Of a DNA stretch of 64,000 bases, positions 34,156-43,627 are shown piece by piece. Location: the NCBI GenBank assembly GCA_963793865.1, contig CAWCBP010000001.1, positions 672,001 to 736,000 of the forward strand. Reading direction: 5' to 3'. Each line of letters begins with the position of its first letter. The stretch's first letter is position 1. The notes under the pieces were generated by a model. The model did no database searches. It worked only from the letters and a program-made list of their open reading frames with translations, and was not told the origin of the DNA. The translations under genes and the position numbers were made by a program. This stretch comes from an uncultured delta proteobacterium (GTDB lineage: Bacteria; Desulfobacterota; WTBG01).

Positions 34156-35231
34156 ATGAAGAAAGTAGTTTTTATTCTTCTACTTGTGTTATGGCTTATC
34201 AGTGTGCCTTTAGCCTCTGCAGAATTGCTAACCCTGCAGGTAGATAAGGACACCTATATTGATTCCATCAGTCCGAACGGCAATTTTGGGGGAAGGTGGA
34301 ATTTTCTCATAAGCGGCATGACGGGGAAAAGTGCGTATGGATTATTGCATTTTGATACAACGCCGCTTCCGGATGAGGCCACAATACAGAGCGCACAATT
34401 AACTTTTCTTATTCATGGCAATAATACTACAGGTAGCTATTTCATCCACCCTCTCCTGCAAGCTTGGGATGAAGCCTCTGCTACATGGATCTCCTCAGCA
34501 ACAGGGGTTTTATGGACGTATCCGGGCGGAGATTATGATCAGGGTACTTATGCAGCTAATTCCTTTAAGCGGTCCATATCCCGGACTGGGTGGTTATGGA
34601 CATTACCTCCCTGGTGAGTGACGAAACAGGAAGGCTTAAAGATAGCGTCGAATCTTATGGTCTTTTGCTTCGGGCAGATGCTGGCTACACAAAATCACTC
34701 TCCTCTGAATTTAGCTCCAATGCCAATGCAGCATCCTGTCACTCCTGTCATGGATCCTTACCACCTGAGCGCGACGAGGGTAAATCATTTAACTGTATTG
34801 CTTGCCATAACCGGGATGGCATTCCTCTTTCCGGAGAGCCGGCCCTTATTATAGAGTATCAGATAACTGATTTCGATGGTGATGGTGTTTTTGATGGGGT
34901 TGATAATTGCCCGAACGTTTCGAATGCGGGCCAGGAAGACAGCTACCCCCCGGGGGGCAATGCCCTCGGTGATGCCTGTGAATGTGAATCGGACTTTGAT
35001 TGTGATGGGAATGTAGATGGCACCGATGCTTTTAGCTTCAAAACACATTATGGCAGGAGCTTAATTAGCAACCCCTGTACAGCAATTAATTACTGCCAGG
35101 GAGATTTTAGTTGCGATGGGGATGTTGATGGAGCTGATGCATTTCTTTTCAAATCAGATTTTGGCAGAGGGGCGGCAGGTAACGACTGTCCAACCTGCGC
35201 TTCCGGAGATTGGTGCAGTGGCTCGTATTAA
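34156..35231 (+). CDS. Secreted DNRLRE-like protein with inserted diheme loop, TSP3 repeat and dockerin-like C-terminus; frameshift(s) 34555-34590
   Basis: KDTYID..PNGNFG..GLLHFD; SCHSCH and CIACH; CECESDFDCDGNVDGTDAFSFKTHYGRS. Confidence 0.8.
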
Positions 35232-35305
35232 AATGATTTTAATACAAGCATGTTATACGAGCACAAAGAATAATTACAGCGGCATTGCCGCTGTAAACGT
35301 ATAGG

Positions 35306-36885
35306 GTGTTGTTTATGATAAGAAGCGGCCGGTTAAACGGAGAAAAACCGTTACTTATGAGAGTAGCCGTTGGTTTGATGTGTTTAGGCATGCTGTCAGG
35401 ATGCCAGGATGTGTTTGATGCAAATCGGGTGCAGATGGTTACTGATCCGTCTTCATTTAAAAATTTTATACTACCCCCGACCAATGTGGTTTACGGGCCA
35501 TATGCGATGCTACCGGCTGACGGGACCGGCATCGTTGCCTGGGAAGAAAAAGAGTGGATCGGAAAACTCAGGCATGTGGAAGTCCCCTTTACTGATCTTG
35601 CTCCGGCAACTGAATATTTCTATAGCGTTAATGGGGCTGAAAACTACGGTCGATTTATCACCCCACCTGCGGCTAATGAGCCCTTTAGCTTTCTATTATG
35701 GAGTGATTCCCGTACCGGTACTGATGTAGCGGAAGAAATTGCGCATCAGATGGTCTCGCTTGTACCTGATGCATCGTTTGCCCTCCACGCCGGTGATTTT
35801 GTGATTGATGGGGATAGAGAAGAATGCTGGGGAGAAGAGTGGTGGGCGCCCATGCATGATCTGTTGTTGCACTGCCCTATTTACCCCACCATGGGTAATC
35901 ACGAGGAGGATTCGCCCTTCTATTACCGCTACTTTTCATCTCTTGGCGGGAGAGGCGTTAATTATTCATTTGACTGGGGTTCCGCACATATTGTGGTGTG
36001 TAAAATTGATGAAGGTGACAGTGAACAGCTGGAATGGCTGGAACAGGATTTAGCGGCCAATAGCAATGCAAGTTTTACCCTTGTGTCCCATCATGTGCCT
36101 CCTTTTTCTTCAACAACCAGTGATACAGGGGGCATTCCATATTTGCAGGAATCGGTTGTTCCCCTCTTTGAAAAGTACGGGGTAGATCTTGTGGTAAGTG
36201 GCGATATCCACAGTTATCAGCATCACATCAGGAATAACACCCACTATCTCACGTCGGCCGGCGGCGGGGAAAAGCCATATGATTATGGGTTGCCTCTTGA
36301 AGGAATGACCCTGGCCTTCTGAAAACATATAATTTCAGCCGCTGTAGGCTGGAGAATAACAGAATGCATGTTACCACCTATAACCAGGCGGGTGAATGCA
36401 TCGACAGCTTTGAAATTCTTCCCGATAGCCCGCCGGTAATTACCAGCAAATCACAGTAGAGGCGAGTGATTCCCGGGTAACCCCGGGAGGGCAGTCGCAG
36501 GGTTGATTTTTACGTGAACAAAATTCAGGGACTAGATGCAGTAAGCTTAACCATGAAGTATAATAAAGATACGCCCCCTGTGCTTTTAGAGGTGATTGAC
36601 GCAGATACAGTGAGCGAGGGGATTCAAATTGAGCAGGGCGAACTAGGCGGTACAATACAAATGAACCTGGCGGATAACGCCAGCGGAGTTCTTGAATACC
36701 GGGAAGATGGTATAAACGGCCTCAGCGGGGAAAAAGTTAAAGTAGGCTCTGCCGTTTTGAGCATACCGGAAGATTCATACATCACTGCCATGTATCTGGT
36801 TCCCCAGGTTACGCTCTATAATACCTCCGGTGCCGAGATACCCCATTTCATGGGCGGAGCAAAAATTATCATTGCAAAAGAATAA
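35306..36885 (+). CDS. Lipoprotein metallophosphoesterase (purple acid phosphatase-like) fused to cohesin-like domain; frameshifts ~36318, ~36450, ~36500
   Basis: LSGC lipobox; SDSR, HAGDFV, MGNHE, HHVP, SGDIH; reading continues KTYNFS..IDSFEI into ORF 36514 (LEVIDAD...GIQIEQG...N.ADNASG.LEY). Confidence 0.75.
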
Positions 36886-36920
36886 CTGATATGCTGCTTC
36901 TTAATAAAGGGAGTTATTTC

Positions 36921-38615
36921 ATGAGAATTGTGGAAGGATAAAAAAAACAATAAGCATGTGTTTCCTTTGATACTGCTCTTTTGTTTTATCTCATCCATAC
37001 TTCCTGGGCTGCCACCTTTGGCTGCGAAAAAGATGCCTATATTGATGCCCTTTATCCGGATGACAATTTCGGGGGAAGCGATCGACTGCTGATTGCTGAT
37101 AGCGAGCAGCCGACGAGAGCCCTGTTAAAGTTTTCCATCCCGTCATGGGTTGAAGCCTCCAATATCTCAGGACGCGAATAGTGCTTTACAGTGCTCCATG
37201 GACAAGCGGTGGAGGCGCGGAAACCGATTTTGAGATGTATGCCGTAACTCAGGACTGGATTGAGGGGAGTTGCCTCCGTTACAACGATCCAACACCAGAC
37301 AACGGCGCAACCTGGAACCAGTTTGCGTATGATGCCGACTCATCCAAAAACCGTTGGGTCACTCCCCGGGGGTGATTATGATAGCAGTGTTTCGGTGGCG
37401 GGTACCTTCCCGCTCGGTTCTGAGTGGGGTCCTTTGACCATTGATGTCACGGAACTGATAAAAAGCAGGCTTGATGATGCCAGGGATTATGGATTATTAA
37501 TCAAGCATCCACTCGAAGACGGGGCAGGAAGCTGGCAGAATTGTGCGGGCAGGGATTCATCCGGTTATGACCCGCCCCGCCATCCTTATCTGGAAATAGA
37601 TTTCCTGGAGCCGCCTCCTAATGATCCTCCCAATGCCCCCTTTGATCCTTCACCCGCTGGCGGTGCAGAGGGAGTAGTGGTCACTACCTCCTTAAGCTGG
37701 AGCTGTGACGATCCGGATCAGGATAATACCCTCCGATATGATGTCTATTTCGGGAGCGGGGATGAGCCTGCTCTGGTTTCAGAAAACCAGGCTGCGACTG
37801 TCTATGAGCTTCCCGTACTGTCACTTGGCACTGCCTATAGCTGGAAAATTGTGGCCAGAGACAATTATGGGGCGGAAACCCATGGTGATATCTGGCACTT
37901 CACCACTGTAACCTCTGCCATTACCTCCGTGTATCCGGACAGTGCCTCCCCTTTTTATTTTCGGGATGTCAGGTATATGCCTTTGATGAAACCTGTAGTT
38001 ATAAAAGGTGAAGGAACGCACTTCCGTTTTCCGCAATCGAAGGTTTCATTTGACGATGAAAATATTTTTACCGTATTTTCCTTTCCCATCTCAAAGACTG
38101 CCATCTGGGCATGGGTGGTGATCGGAGAGACGGCAAAAGCGGGGCTGCATGATATCACCGTCACCACCGGTGACGAATCGTCCGCCGGCAGAGCGCTTTT
38201 TGAGGTGGTGAGATTCTGGAGGGGTGAAGAAACTGTTACCGTCAAGCACGGCGATGAGTCCGCGTCTGTGGCGTTTAAGGGGCTTCAGGTCAGAACATTT
38301 AAGGAGAAGGATGCCGTTTTGCTCTCGGATATTGTCACCAAGTCGGCATTGACGGATGAGCCTGAGAACTACTTTTACAATCTGATTGCAAGCGACAACT
38401 ATTCATTGGCAAGGGGAATCGTTGTCGGCGGATGGGATACGGGACTTCCCCCCTGGCCGGACATGCAAAAAGGGTATCTCTATCAGTCCCCTACCTATGA
38501 GCTTCTCACCGGGTGGGAGAGTGATACCATAGGGGGGCGGATAGGCCAGGCATACAACGTTAAATACATGAACAGAGGTACCATTGAATTGAGAGAAGAG
38601 GATATTGTAGAATGA
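36921..38615 (+). CDS. Secreted DNRLRE-like + Fn3/Ig-like multidomain protein; multiple frameshifts 36930-37370
   Basis: KDAYID..PDDNFG..RALLKF, GATWN, HPYLEI; LSWSCDDPD..YDVYFG..YSWKIVARD; fragments 36981, 37181, 37260 are collinear. Confidence 0.72.
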
Positions 38616-38635
38616 AATGGCGCAAAGGGAGAGAA

Positions 38636-39511
38636 ATGATGAGAACTGCGATTGAGTTTGTTGTCGCACGGCATTAATGATGAGCCTGTTGCGGAGAATA
38701 TGCTGGCTGCTGAAATAATTTGTCAGGACACCGCGGATCTGCATATCGATGAGTGGTATCCCGATGAAAATCTTAATTATCAGGACAGATTGCTGGTGGC
38801 AACCAACAACAACACACATCATGGCATAGGCAGGGCCCTTTTTTTATTTGCCCTCCCGGAAGATTTGGCTATCGCAGATATCAAGAATGCAAAAATATAC
38901 TTTTCGGGATGCTCGCACTGCGGAGGTGGTAAAGGAGGCCAGGTGGCATTTTATGCCTTGAATGAGCCATTTGATGAAGACGCGGATACCTGGAACAGCC
39001 TTGGGTGGAGGAAATTGGGATGATTCGGTATATTGCCGGGCAGTGCTTCCGGAAGGCAGCGACTGGAATGAGGCCGTGAATGGGAACCTCCCGCTGATGC
39101 GAATGGATTCGATGTTACCAATCTTCTCAAGGCAATCTTGATAAGGTCAGGGACAATGGCGTCATGTTGAGGTTTTATGACGAGCACCAGGATCCGTACA
39201 CGCACCAGAATATCGCTTCCAGGGAGTCGGAAGATCCACTGGACTTCGCGCCGTATCTGGAAATCAGTACCCGGGAGGATATTACCTGCCCCGCTGAAGT
39301 TATTTTCAGTGATAGCCATGAGAAGATAGAAGTGCTCAGAAGATTCCGTGATCAAGTCCTTGCGAAGACAGAAGGAGGAAGGTATATAATGAGCATTTAC
39401 TATCACTGTGCTCCGTACGCATCCTATTTTCTTATAACTGATCCATATCTGAGGGCCGGTGCGCGCACATCAGCTGATGCCCTGTTGCCGCTTGTGAAAA
39501 TGCTTTTCTAA
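38636..39511 (+). CDS. Secreted DNRLRE-like protein with CFI-box-like C-terminus; multiple frameshifts
   Basis: ADLHIDEWYPDENLNY..GRALFLF; HQNIASRE..FAPYLEI; CPAE..LRRFRDQVL..GGRYIMSIYY; paralog of 33132. Confidence 0.75.
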
Positions 39512-39554
39512 GATACCAGCCTTGGGCCGATGAATCTCTCGGGAATAATGATAG

Positions 39555-39608
39555 CCGGTAGGAGCGGCTTTAAGCCGCGAATTTATCGCGCATGAATGCG
39601 CTCCTACC
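39555..39608 (+). repeat. GTAG-type REP doublet (REPIN-like), copy 2
   Basis: CCGGTAGGAGCGGCTTTAAGCCGCGAATTTATCGCGCATGAATGCGCTCCTACC. Confidence 0.8.
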
Positions 39609-39683
39609 TGAATTTCAAACATGTTTGGCTAATTTTACACGATGTGTTAGAAAACCCCGCAGCTCCGCCGCGGGGTAATTCAC

Positions 39684-39712
39684 TTGACAGGGAGCATGAT
39701 ATCTTTTATAGT
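39684..39712 (+). promoter_or_regulatory. sigma70-type promoter for the TiaS-like/MoSto-like/tupBC genes
   Basis: TTGACA-17 nt-TATAGT. Confidence 0.65.
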
Positions 39713-39777
39713 TTATCACCTTAAGTGGTTTAAACATAAAGAGAAATTAAGCTATGATTCATATGTAAAGGTCAGCC

Positions 39778-40500
39778 ATGCGTGTATATGTTGGTTTTGA
39801 TGATACAGATGTCCTCGACGGACCTTATGGTACAGGTAAATTAGTCCGCCATTTTGAAGACAGTCTTCCCGAGGGGTGCGTCCTCTGGGGTGTTGTTCGC
39901 CAGCAGCTTTTAGTGGATGATCGCATACCCTATACCTCTCACAACAGCTCGGCCTGTGCGGTGATTGACATTGCTGAGCCGTCGCTTGTGCCTCATCTCA
40001 TAGCGAAAGCAATTGAGCACATTGAGCAGAAATCCAGTTTTGGGAGCGACCCCGGCCTCTGCGTTGCCGGAGAAGATGACCCGGCATTGCCCCGTTTAAT
40101 TGAACTTGGGCGTTTATGTACTGCCAAAGTAATCACCCAGCAGGAAGTACGGGGGTCTGTAAACGGAACCCATGTTTCCGGGCACGGGGGAACCAATGAC
40201 GGCATCATAGGTGCCGTTGCGGCAGTAGGGCTGACCGCCTCGGGATGGAGCGGCAGGTTTATCGAATATGGAAGGCTTCGGAAGTTTCCTGATGTAGTTG
40301 CCGTGTCTGAACTCGAGCGCTCCGGCATCCGGGTGGTATCCGTGGATAGGGACACCATGCTGCCGGGTTGCGATGATGTGGTGCACACCAGGGGGTGGCT
40401 GCGGCCGCGTCTTTGGGGGTGCGTGCCTGTTCTTCCGGTTCGGCCGGCAGGCGTTAACAGGTGGGAAAGCATAGGGGAGAAAAACAGAAGTAAAAACTGA
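39778..40500 (+). CDS. TiaS N-terminal-domain-like protein of unknown function
   Basis: VGFDDTD..GTG, RQQL..IPYTSHNSSAC, SDPGLC, GIIGAVAAVG; lacks the OB-fold/Zn-ribbon of true TiaS. Confidence 0.7.
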   Translation: MRVYVGFDDTDVLDGPYGTGKLVRHFEDSLPEGCVLWGVVRQQLLVDDRIPYTSHNSSACAVIDIAEPSLVPHLIAKAIEHIEQKSSFGSDPGLCVAGEDDPALPRLIELGRLCTAKVITQQEVRGSVNGTHVSGHGGTNDGIIGAVAAVGLTASGWSGRFIEYGRLRKFPDVVAVSELERSGIRVVSVDRDTMLPGCDDVVHTRGWLRPRLWGCVPVLPVRPAGVNRWESIGEKNRSKN

Positions 40501-40515
40501 GAGGGAGGACAGACC

Positions 40516-40731
40516 ATGGCAGGCAAAATATTTTACCGTGAGCGCCGCAAGATTGGTAAAGAAGAAAAAAAGCCCCGTTTCAAGATAGTTGCTGTAGCAG
40601 GCGTTGACCTCGGGATTTATGCAGAGCACCTTCGCAAGCAGGAACTGGAGCAAATCGCGCAGTCTATCGGCGCGGAACTGGTCTTGCTTAAACATGCAGG
40701 CAAGGGAGACGAGAAAGAAGTAGAGGTGTAG
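40516..40731 (+). CDS. Small hypothetical protein
   Basis: GGAGG RBS; 71 aa, between TiaS-like and MoSto-like genes. Confidence 0.7.
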   Translation: MAGKIFYRERRKIGKEEKKPRFKIVAVAGVDLGIYAEHLRKQELEQIAQSIGAELVLLKHAGKGDEKEVEV

Positions 40732-40854
40732 ATCCGAAACGAAGTTACGATACCGAATTTTATGATCACCTGCGGCCGTGGCAGGGTTGAGGATACTTTC
40801 ATGCCCGGCGGATGGGTGCAGGCCGGGTAATGCTTGTATAAAGAGGAGTGAACC

Positions 40855-41685
40855 ATGGCGCTGGTAAGAGAGCGTGACAGCCGACGCTTGCATGTCAAGA
40901 GTAAACTGATGGGGGAAAGCCTCGTGGGAAGGTCTTTTATTGAGAGCTTGAAGATTGCCCCCCAAAAGCGGCTCTTCCCGGAGGTGAATGTCTTGAAGAT
41001 AGGCGGCCAGTCAATCTGTGACCGCGGCATCAAGGCCATTCCCGCCATTATTAAGGAGATTGTTGCCAACAAAAAGAAGCATAAGATGCTCATCACCACC
41101 GGCGGCGGTACTCGCAGCCGCCATATTTATGCCATCGGTCTTGAACTGGGAATGCCTACCGGCATTATTGCCAAATTCGGAAGCTCCATTTCCGAACAGA
41201 ATGCGCTTTTGATTGCCACGCTCCTCAATCCCTGGGGTGGTATAAAAATCGGCCATGATGAAGTCGTAAAATTGCCCAGCTATTTCGCCCAGGGCTGTAT
41301 CCCGGTTATGCACGGCATGCCGCCCTACGACTACTTTGCCATTCCTCCTGCGAAAGGCCGGATTCCCATTCATCGGACCGATGTCGGCACCCTGGTGCTG
41401 GCTGATCTCATAGGCGCGCGGAGCTGCATTTTTATAAAGGATGAAAAGGGATTGTATGCTGATGATCCCAAGAAGCATCCCAGGAGCAAATTTATCCCTG
41501 AAATAAGCGCAGCGGAGCTCATCGCGAAAAACCTGGATGACCTGATCATAGAGCGCCCCTGCCTGGAAATTCTTCAGAACAGCGAGGTCATTCATAAAAT
41601 ACAGATTATAAACGGCCTGGAGCGCGGCACCATTACCAGGGCGCTTAAAGGAGAGCACGTCGGTACGATCATTCATAAAGCATGA
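40855..41685 (+). CDS. Molybdenum storage protein homologue (amino-acid-kinase/UMP kinase fold)
   Basis: KIGGQS..DRG, TGGGTRSRH, GMPPY, RIPIHRTD, KDEKGLY, RALKGEHVGTII, as recalled for Azotobacter MosA/MosB. Confidence 0.88.
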   Translation: MALVRERDSRRLHVKSKLMGESLVGRSFIESLKIAPQKRLFPEVNVLKIGGQSICDRGIKAIPAIIKEIVANKKKHKMLITTGGGTRSRHIYAIGLELGMPTGIIAKFGSSISEQNALLIATLLNPWGGIKIGHDEVVKLPSYFAQGCIPVMHGMPPYDYFAIPPAKGRIPIHRTDVGTLVLADLIGARSCIFIKDEKGLYADDPKKHPRSKFIPEISAAELIAKNLDDLIIERPCLEILQNSEVIHKIQIINGLERGTITRALKGEHVGTIIHKA

Positions 41686-41879
41686 TTTTTCAAAGCAGCT
41701 GACGGCTTGATTGAAGGGATAAACGCCCCGGTTGCCGGTTGTACGGGCAGCAGGGGCGGGATTTTAATGTGCCCTTGTGAAACTGTGCTTTGTACCTGGC
41801 GCGTTACGGTCATCGGTAGTATGAGTATAATCACGGTGTTTGTTTATCGGCGTTGCAATATGTTTTACCGGGGTCAGGT

Positions 41880-42572
41880 ATGGACTATATTCTGGATGGA
41901 TTAGCAACGGCGCTGCGGCTTATTTTCGCACTTGATTCTGAAGTGACACATTGCACGCTGGTGTCACTCCAGGTGTCTTCGGTCGCCATCCTGCTCGCCA
42001 CTCTGGTGGGTCTGCCCTGCAGTTTGCTGCTGGGCATGTATGATTTTAAGGGAAAGCAGACCCTGATTACGGTAATTAATACCCTGATGGCGGTACCTAC
42101 CGTGGTAATCGGTCTGTTTGTGTTTGCCTTCGTTTCGCGCCAGGGGCCTCTCGGCGTGCTCGGTTTGCTCTTTACGCCGGCCGCCATGACTATCGGCCAG
42201 TTTCTTTTGGCTACGCCGATTGTGATAGCGCTCTCCTTCGCCGCAATCCAGGGCATTGATCCCAGGGTTAAGGTGACTGCGCTGGCCCTCGGCGCCCGTT
42301 CACACCAGGTGATAGTCACCCTGTTGCTTGAGGCCCGCTATGCCATCATGGCCGCCGTTATAGCCGGTTTTGGCAGGGTCATCGGTGAAGTGGGATCCGC
42401 AATGATGCTGGGAGGCAACATCAAAGGCTATACCAGGACCATCAGTACTGCCATTGCCCTGGAGACCAGCAAAGGCGAGTTCAGCCTGGGGATTGCCCTG
42501 GGCATCATTCTTCTCACCGTGGCGCTTTCCGTGAATATTGCGCTGCGCTCTCTTCAGCAAAGATCAAAATAG
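41880..42572 (+). CDS. tupB: Tungstate ABC transporter permease
   Basis: NTLMAVPTVVIGL, GPLG..GLLFT, FGRVIGEVG..MMLGGNI..YTR, IALETSKG. Confidence 0.93.
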   Translation: MDYILDGLATALRLIFALDSEVTHCTLVSLQVSSVAILLATLVGLPCSLLLGMYDFKGKQTLITVINTLMAVPTVVIGLFVFAFVSRQGPLGVLGLLFTPAAMTIGQFLLATPIVIALSFAAIQGIDPRVKVTALALGARSHQVIVTLLLEARYAIMAAVIAGFGRVIGEVGSAMMLGGNIKGYTRTISTAIALETSKGEFSLGIALGIILLTVALSVNIALRSLQQRSK

Positions 42573-42583
42573 GTTCATCGAGC

Positions 42584-43603
42584 ATGACACAAAAAGAAAA
42601 TCCTCTCCTTGAGGTACAAGGGCTTACTCATTATTATAACAGCACCAAGGTACTGGATGTGCCTCATCTGTCATTTTGCAGGGGTAAAATTTACGCATTT
42701 TTGGGTCCCAATGGCTCCGGCAAAACCACCCTGCTCAATATTTTAGGACTTCTCTTAAGGCCGACAGCGGGAACGGTGCTGTATGAGAATAAGGACCTGC
42801 TTGGCAATACCGCCTTCATGAAGGATGTCCGCGCCAGGATGACCACGGTAATCCAGAATCCAATCCTGTTTGATATGAGCGTCGAGAACAACGTCGCCTA
42901 TGGCTTAAAAATTCGCGGAACACCAAAGGAAGAGCGGAGGAGAATGGTCAGGGAATGCCTGGACATGGTGAAACTGGATGGCTTTCAGAAACGAAGGGCA
43001 CGGGAGCTTTCAGGCGGGGAAACGCAGAGGGTCGCTATTGCCAGGGCGCTGGCGGTAAAGCCGGAGATGATCTTTCTTGACGAGTACACTTCTAATGTTG
43101 ACGAGAAAAGCATCCGGGTCCTGGATGACGTCATTGCGCGGGTGAGACAACTCAATGGTACAACGGTTTTTCTGGTGACTCACGATACCCGGCAGGCTTA
43201 CAAGATGGCAGACGATGTAATTCACCTCTTCGGAGGAAAGGTCGTGCGGACATCCATGGAAAATCTGTACAAGGGAACCATGGCAAAAATAAACGGCCTA
43301 TCTCTCTTTGATACCGGCAGGATCACCATCGAGGTCGTCGCCGATCGACAGGGGCAGGCGTATACGGCAATCAATCCCCATGATATCATTGTCTCACTTC
43401 AGCCGTTAAGCACAAGCGCCAGGAACTCGTTTCGCGGGACGATTACCGAAGTGCTCAGTGAAGGGGCCGCTGTCCGGTTAAGCGTGAATGCAGGTGAAGT
43501 GTTTAAGGTGCTGATGACCAGGGCTTCCTTTCAGGAAATGAAGCTCGATGTGGGAACCATGGTTTATGTTACCTTCAAAAGCACGGCGGTCGAGGTGTTA
43601 TAG
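42584..43603 (+). CDS. tupC: Tungstate ABC transporter ATPase with C-terminal TOBE domain
   Basis: GPNGSGKT, LSGGE, FLDE; SARNSFRGTI...VYVTFKSTAV. Confidence 0.9.
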   Translation: MTQKENPLLEVQGLTHYYNSTKVLDVPHLSFCRGKIYAFLGPNGSGKTTLLNILGLLLRPTAGTVLYENKDLLGNTAFMKDVRARMTTVIQNPILFDMSVENNVAYGLKIRGTPKEERRRMVRECLDMVKLDGFQKRRARELSGGETQRVAIARALAVKPEMIFLDEYTSNVDEKSIRVLDDVIARVRQLNGTTVFLVTHDTRQAYKMADDVIHLFGGKVVRTSMENLYKGTMAKINGLSLFDTGRITIEVVADRQGQAYTAINPHDIIVSLQPLSTSARNSFRGTITEVLSEGAAVRLSVNAGEVFKVLMTRASFQEMKLDVGTMVYVTFKSTAVEVL

Positions 43604-43627
43604 CACCGGCATGATGTTGTCCTATCG

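Noticed and set aside
36320..36322. TGA as selenocysteine read-through in the phosphoesterase
   Set aside because: Homologous-looking sequence continues in a different frame, so an indel explains it
39778..40500. True tRNA(Ile2) agmatidine synthetase TiaS
   Set aside because: Only 240 aa, lacks tRNA-binding domains, bacterial context
39993..41676. Minus-strand ORFs of 160-283 aa
   Set aside because: Antisense to well-supported plus-strand genes; no recognisable motifs
40855..41685. Annotation as uridylate kinase pyrH
   Set aside because: Motifs and context match Mo-storage proteins, not the tsf-pyrH-frr locus
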